From a virus (Duplodnaviria > Heunggongvirae > Uroviricota > Caudoviricetes): 39,684 nucleotides of DNA. This document shows positions 35,745-39,684 of this stretch, piece by piece (positions within the stretch are counted from its first letter, which is position 1; each line of letters starts with the position of its first letter). The stretch is from the IMG/VR virus record IMGVR_UViG_2740892027_000001. One strand, given 5' to 3'. Position numbers and translations under genes: made by a program. A model generated the notes under the pieces. That model had not been told where the DNA came from. It saw nothing but the letters and a program-made list of their open reading frames with translations, and did no database searches.

Positions 35745-36682
35745 GCAACGACATCGCAAACATCAACGCACCAGTAGACACAGCAATCGCTGGAACTGCT
35801 GCAACTATTTTCAGCCCAGACGGCTTGAACCAACTGATGAAATTCGCCGAGGTAATGGCGCAAAGCCGCGTAACGGTACCGGCGCACCTCGCCGGGAAAC
35901 CAGCTGATTGCATGGCCGTGGCAATGCAGGCTGCGCAGTGGGGAATGAACCCGTTTGCCGTGGCTCAGAAAACCCATGTTGTGAACGGCACGCTAGGTTA
36001 TGAAGCCCAATTAGTAAACGCAGTTATCTCAACGATGTCGCCAACAAAAGATCGCATCAACTACGAGTGGTTCGGGCCGTGGGAACGCGTGATCGGTAAG
36101 TTTGTTGAGAAAACATCCAAAAACGGCAATCCATATATCGCACCAGGCTGGACTCTAAAAGACGAAGAAGGCTGCGGTGTTCGCGTATGGGCAACCATGA
36201 AGGGCGAGGATCAACCTCGAGTGCTTGAGTTAATGCTGTCTCAAGCACAGGTAAGAAACTCCACACTTTGGGCCAGTGATCCGAAACAACAACTCGCATA
36301 CCTTGCGACAAAACGCTGGTCTCGCCTGCACTGTCCTGACGTAATCATGGGCGTCTACACCCCAGACGAATTACAGGAAACGGCACCGCGCGTTGAGCGA
36401 GACATTACTCCGCAAACGACCACTGCTGCGGGAATGAACAGTCTGATCAACGCTAAACCAGCGAAAAAGCCTGATGAGCAAACGCGTAAAGCGGATAGCC
36501 GTGATCCAGAAGAAATGCTGATGGCCTTTACCAGCGCAGCGATGAATTACAGCACTGTCTCCGAACTGGATAAGGCTTACAAATACATTGCACAAAAACT
36601 TTCAGATGATGACGAACTGCTGGCAAAAGCCACCGACGTTTACAGCGTTCGTCGGGAAGAATTAAACGAAACATCTATGTAA
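35741..36682 (+). CDS. recT: RecT-like single-strand annealing recombinase
   Basis: About 313 aa from ATG 35741, translationally coupled to the exonuclease gene; size and context fit RecT. Not motif-verified. Confidence 0.6.
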   Translation: MSNDIANINAPVDTAIAGTAATIFSPDGLNQLMKFAEVMAQSRVTVPAHLAGKPADCMAVAMQAAQWGMNPFAVAQKTHVVNGTLGYEAQLVNAVISTMSPTKDRINYEWFGPWERVIGKFVEKTSKNGNPYIAPGWTLKDEEGCGVRVWATMKGEDQPRVLELMLSQAQVRNSTLWASDPKQQLAYLATKRWSRLHCPDVIMGVYTPDELQETAPRVERDITPQTTTAAGMNSLINAKPAKKPDEQTRKADSRDPEEMLMAFTSAAMNYSTVSELDKAYKYIAQKLSDDDELLAKATDVYSVRREELNETSM

Positions 36683-36731
36683 CCACCACCGCGGCGCCAC
36701 GCGCGCCGCACTGCAACCAAGAGAGGTATTT

Positions 36732-36980
36732 ATGAAAGGTGCATTAGGTAAGAAGGAACTCCTGGCGGTGGTGCCACTGTCATGGAGCACTATCGACCGT
36801 ATGGAGCGCGCAGGGGAATTTCCTAAACGCTGGTATATCACCGATAAACGCTGCGCATGGAACCGTGATGAAGTTGAGCGTTGGCTTGATGAACGTCAGG
36901 CAGCAAGCCCGGCAGAGTTCCAGGGTAAAAAACCTCCTGTTCAGCAACGTGTATATCGTCCCGTGAGCAACGCGGCATGA
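36732..36980 (+). CDS. AlpA-family HTH protein (excisionase / regulator candidate)
   Basis: 82 aa; LSWSTIDRMERAGEFPKRWYI...WNRDEVERWL matches the AlpA-type pattern S-T-I-Y-R-L-x-x-G-x-F-P ... W-x-x-x-E-V-x-x-W. Confidence 0.6.
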   Translation: MKGALGKKELLAVVPLSWSTIDRMERAGEFPKRWYITDKRCAWNRDEVERWLDERQAASPAEFQGKKPPVQQRVYRPVSNAA

Positions 36981-37089
36981 GTGTGCTGCTAAGGCACTGG
37001 ATCAAATGGTCAGGATGGTACTTATTCCTGGCCTCTGTTTCAGCATGGCTTTATCTGCTGGCATTAATTTTCAGAGAGGGTTGGATTAA

Positions 37090-37389
37090 GTGAGAAAGTT
37101 AAGCCGACTTGAAAAATATCACATGAATAAGGTTTCAATGCGCAGTCCGTCAAAGATTGTCGCCGTTACTCCTGCGGCGATAGAGATCGAAAAACGCGCG
37201 ATTGAAAGAGAGAAAAAAGGGCAGTTCCGCATTGCCGCTCACCTTTGGCTTCAGTGTATGGATGTTGCTTCTGGTGATGTTGAGCGTGCAAGGATCGCGG
37301 TTCGCAGGGACCAATGTATCACAAAAGGTAACGGCCTTCGCCGTGGAGACTATAGCGGTATAGGATGTTGCGGGGTGGTTTGTGACTAA
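37090..37389 (+). CDS. Small regulator-like protein (PerC/ANR-like?)
   Basis: 99 aa; EREKKGQFRIAAHLWLQCMDVA resembles the helical core of small PerC/ANR-type regulators (weak, from memory). Confidence 0.3.
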   Translation: MRKLSRLEKYHMNKVSMRSPSKIVAVTPAAIEIEKRAIEREKKGQFRIAAHLWLQCMDVASGDVERARIAVRRDQCITKGNGLRRGDYSGIGCCGVVCD

Positions 37390-38032
37390 GAAATACACAC
37401 TAATCTATGCAGATCCACCCTGGGTATACCGGGACAAAGCCGCAGATGGTAATCGCGGTGCCAGTTTTAAATATCCGGTTATGAGTGTGATGGATATCTG
37501 CCGCCTTCCTGTGTGGGATTTGGCCGATGAAAACTGTCTGTTGGCCATGTGGTGGGTGCCAACACAACCACTCGAAGCGCTAAAAGTTGTTGAAGCCTGG
37601 GGATTCCGTCTGATGACCATGAAGGGCTTCACGTGGATAAAATGTGGTAGTCGACAACCAGATAAACTGGTTATGGGTATGGGGCACATGACTCGCGCCA
37701 ATAGTGAAGATTGCCTGTTTGCGGTAAAGGGAAAACTACCTACGCGCATTAATGCAGGGATCGTTCAGTCATTTACCGCACCGCGGCTTGAGCATTCAAG
37801 AAAACCAGATATCGTTCGTGAAAAACTTGTGCAATTGTTAGGCGATGTTTCTCGCATTGAACTGTTCGCCAGACAGACGTCTCATGGCTTCGATGTTTGG
37901 GGTAATCAGTGCGAAGACCCGGCAGTGCAACTACACCCTGGATACGCGTTGGATATTGCCGGATTAACAAATGCATTCAGCAATGCTCCGCTGTCACCAA
38001 CAGACAACCAGGGGCGGGAGCGTGCAGCATGA
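37382..38032 (+). CDS. MT-A70 family DNA N6-adenine methyltransferase
   Basis: 216 aa; catalytic DPPW motif (LIYADPPWVY) near the N-terminus; GTG start overlapping the upstream gene. Confidence 0.8.
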   Translation: MTKKYTLIYADPPWVYRDKAADGNRGASFKYPVMSVMDICRLPVWDLADENCLLAMWWVPTQPLEALKVVEAWGFRLMTMKGFTWIKCGSRQPDKLVMGMGHMTRANSEDCLFAVKGKLPTRINAGIVQSFTAPRLEHSRKPDIVREKLVQLLGDVSRIELFARQTSHGFDVWGNQCEDPAVQLHPGYALDIAGLTNAFSNAPLSPTDNQGRERAA

Positions 38033-38223
38033 ACAGGGCATCACCAGCAGATTTAAGGAAATGCCTTGAAACTGCAAACATGCTTGCACACAGCGGGATC
38101 AGGTTTGTTCCAATTCCCGCTGTCACTGATGCTGAATTTGCAACGCTGTCAGCAATATTCGCAGACAAAATTGAATCACTGGCAGCAGAAGCCGAGATGG
38201 AAGAAAATCAGCAGAACTATTAA
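38029..38223 (+). CDS. Small hypothetical protein
   Basis: 64 aa from ATG 38029, which overlaps the methyltransferase stop (ATGA); last gene of the plus-strand operon. Confidence 0.45.
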   Translation: MNRASPADLRKCLETANMLAHSGIRFVPIPAVTDAEFATLSAIFADKIESLAAEAEMEENQQNY

Positions 38224-38226
38224 ACG

Positions 38227-39477
38227 TTATTCTCCCGCCATCCACTTCTCAAACTTCGACGGGGAGAACGGAATCAGATCCGTATGCTCCCCGTCAATCC
38301 AGGAATCAATCATATCTGCCCACTGCTGCAACATGTAGGCGCGCTGTCTGGCGTATTCCGCTTTGTTATATACGGCGCGCACACCTTTCTGCTCATGTGC
38401 CAGAGCCTTTTCAATCCAGTCTGAAGGATAACCAGCCTCATGCAACAACGTACTGGCTGTACGGCGCATATCGTGTACGGTGAAGTCCTGAATATGCTCA
38501 CCATCTTCATTTATTATTTTCACCGTTCTGTCGATCAGTGAGTTCAACGCGGCATTAGATAATGGCTTCCGGAAATTGTAACGACCAGGAACCAGGTATT
38601 CACTTCCACCAGCGCACATCTGCAACCCAACCAATATATCCTGTGCTTGTTTAGGCAGGTAAATAACGTGCGCCCGGCTTCCCTTCATGCGGTCTGAAGG
38701 AATTGTCCATGTCCATTTTTTAAAATCTATTTCATCCCACGTTGCATTGGTGAATTCGCCTTTACGAACCATAGTGATAAGCACCAGCTTTAAAGCCATT
38801 TTCATAGTGCCCATAGCACCAATGGCATCCAGCGTGCGGAAGAACAGACCAATTTCTTCTGGTGTCAGTGTTCGCTCTCGTGGTTTAAATATGGCGATAG
38901 ACGAAGGTTTAATGTCAGCCGCAGGATTAAACAAACCATGACCACGGTCATTGGCATGACGGTATACGCTGCTGATGATCTCCCTGGCCTGCACTGCTGT
39001 TGCCAGGCCGCCGCGTTCGACAATCCGGTCACACAAATCACGAACCATCGATGTGGTAATTTCAGTCATCATTTTGTTGCCAAGAACCGGAAGTATGTCA
39101 CGGTCGATCACCGCCTGCTTCATTGCGCGGGTACTGTCAGCCAGGATGACATGTTTCATATAACTGTCGGTATGTACCGCAAACGTCTCGGCACCACGAA
39201 TCTTTTTGATACCGTCACGTTTAGCCGCAGCCGGTGACTGGCCTGCTTTAAGCAGCTTCTTTGCAGCAATCAGTTCTTCTCGCGCTTCTGCCAGGCTGAT
39301 ACCGTCACGCCCATACTGCCCGATTACCAGTGTTTCGCGGCGACCGTTGATACGGTAGTCATAGCGAAACGAGACCGTGCCTGACGTAAGCACAGCTACA
39401 TACAGCCCGTCACGATCGGAGACCTTGTACAGTTTGTCCTGCGGCTTGAGGTTTTTTAATTTTGTATCGGTAAGCAC
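38227..39477 (-). CDS. int: Tyrosine integrase, P4-type (N-terminal arm-binding domain)
   Basis: 416 aa; N-terminal LTDTKLKNLKPQDKLYKVSDRDGLYVAV...FRYDYRINGRR arm-binding domain; C-terminal catalytic region with HDMRRT and terminal Tyr; next to the right att repeat. Confidence 0.9.
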   Translation of the reverse strand: MLTDTKLKNLKPQDKLYKVSDRDGLYVAVLTSGTVSFRYDYRINGRRETLVIGQYGRDGISLAEAREELIAAKKLLKAGQSPAAAKRDGIKKIRGAETFAVHTDSYMKHVILADSTRAMKQAVIDRDILPVLGNKMMTEITTSMVRDLCDRIVERGGLATAVQAREIISSVYRHANDRGHGLFNPAADIKPSSIAIFKPRERTLTPEEIGLFFRTLDAIGAMGTMKMALKLVLITMVRKGEFTNATWDEIDFKKWTWTIPSDRMKGSRAHVIYLPKQAQDILVGLQMCAGGSEYLVPGRYNFRKPLSNAALNSLIDRTVKIINEDGEHIQDFTVHDMRRTASTLLHEAGYPSDWIEKALAHEQKGVRAVYNKAEYARQRAYMLQQWADMIDSWIDGEHTDLIPFSPSKFEKWMAGE

Positions 39478-39519
39478 AATTCACCCGTATAGAAACCATT
39501 TTCATGACGGTATGAGAGT

Positions 39520-39534
39520 ATACCTTTAAGGTAA
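39520..39534. promoter_or_regulatory. Operator-like site ATACC-tttaa-GGTAA upstream of int
   Basis: One mismatch to the TTACC-N5-GGTAA consensus; 43 bp upstream of the integrase start codon. Confidence 0.45.
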
Positions 39535-39588
39535 TACCGTCACCTGTACCGCCGAAAAATATGGTGTAGAGTGAATAGAAATGAATAC

Positions 39589-39622
39589 ATAAAAACAAAA
39601 ACCCTCTGTAAAAACAGAGGGT
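39589..39622 (-). terminator. Strong intrinsic terminator on minus strand next to the right att repeat
   Basis: ACCCTCTG-tttta-CAGAGGGT hairpin followed by TTTTTGTTTTT on the minus strand. Confidence 0.6.
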
Positions 39623-39667
39623 TGAGTTAGTATCTGAATAGGAATGACTTGCTATGAGTTAGCTGTT

Positions 39668-39684
39668 AATCATTCCCACTCAAT
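39668..39684. repeat. Right attachment-site core (attR); 17-bp direct repeat AATCATTCCCACTCAAT
   Basis: Identical to 1-17. Confidence 0.75.

Noticed and set aside
1-39684. CRISPR arrays, insertion sequences or transposase genes
   Set aside because: No regularly spaced short direct repeats with unique spacers, no terminal inverted repeats flanking a transposase-like ORF, and no transposase-like protein were seen; the tandem repeats present are origin iterons and operator sites.

Overview
The window is one complete integrated temperate phage of about 39.7 kb, bounded by identical 17-bp direct repeats (AATCATTCCCACTCAAT at 1-17 and 39668-39684), with a P4-type tyrosine integrase next to the right repeat. 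All calls are made by eye from the sequence and ORF track; no database search or alignment was run, so family assignments are recalled from memory. Right to left on the minus strand the layout is: lambdoid immunity region (divergent Cro-like and HTH repressor genes around three operators), lambda O-like initiator with in-gene iterons, lambda P-like helicase loader, a nin-like block (Ea22-like, DUF551-like, small PD-(D/E)XK protein), small and large terminase, portal, scaffold, major capsid, T7 gp11/gp12-like tail tube proteins, three large internal virion proteins, tailspike with a C-terminal chaperone domain, then holin, GH19 endolysin and Rz/Rz1 at the far left. This gene order resembles epsilon15/phiV10-type temperate podophages (inference). 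A plus-strand early-left operon carries a RecE-like exonuclease, RecT, an AlpA-like excisionase candidate and an MT-A70 adenine methyltransferase. Two plus-strand accessory islands interrupt the late operon: one with antirepressor genes and an orphan 211-aa gene, and one with a tRNA-Arg(UCU). The most interesting signals are (i) a 17-bp palindromic operator-like motif ATTACC-N5-GGTAAT present in at least 14 copies in front of almost every transcription unit, (ii) a near-consensus LexA box in front of a small antirepressor-domain gene, paired with a repressor that lacks a self-cleavage domain, which suggests SOS induction by antirepression, (iii) a perfect 12-bp palindrome GTGACATGTCAC occurring three times, each at a gene 3' end beside an intrinsic terminator, and (iv) a Q-like promoter-terminator arrangement in front of the terminase genes.
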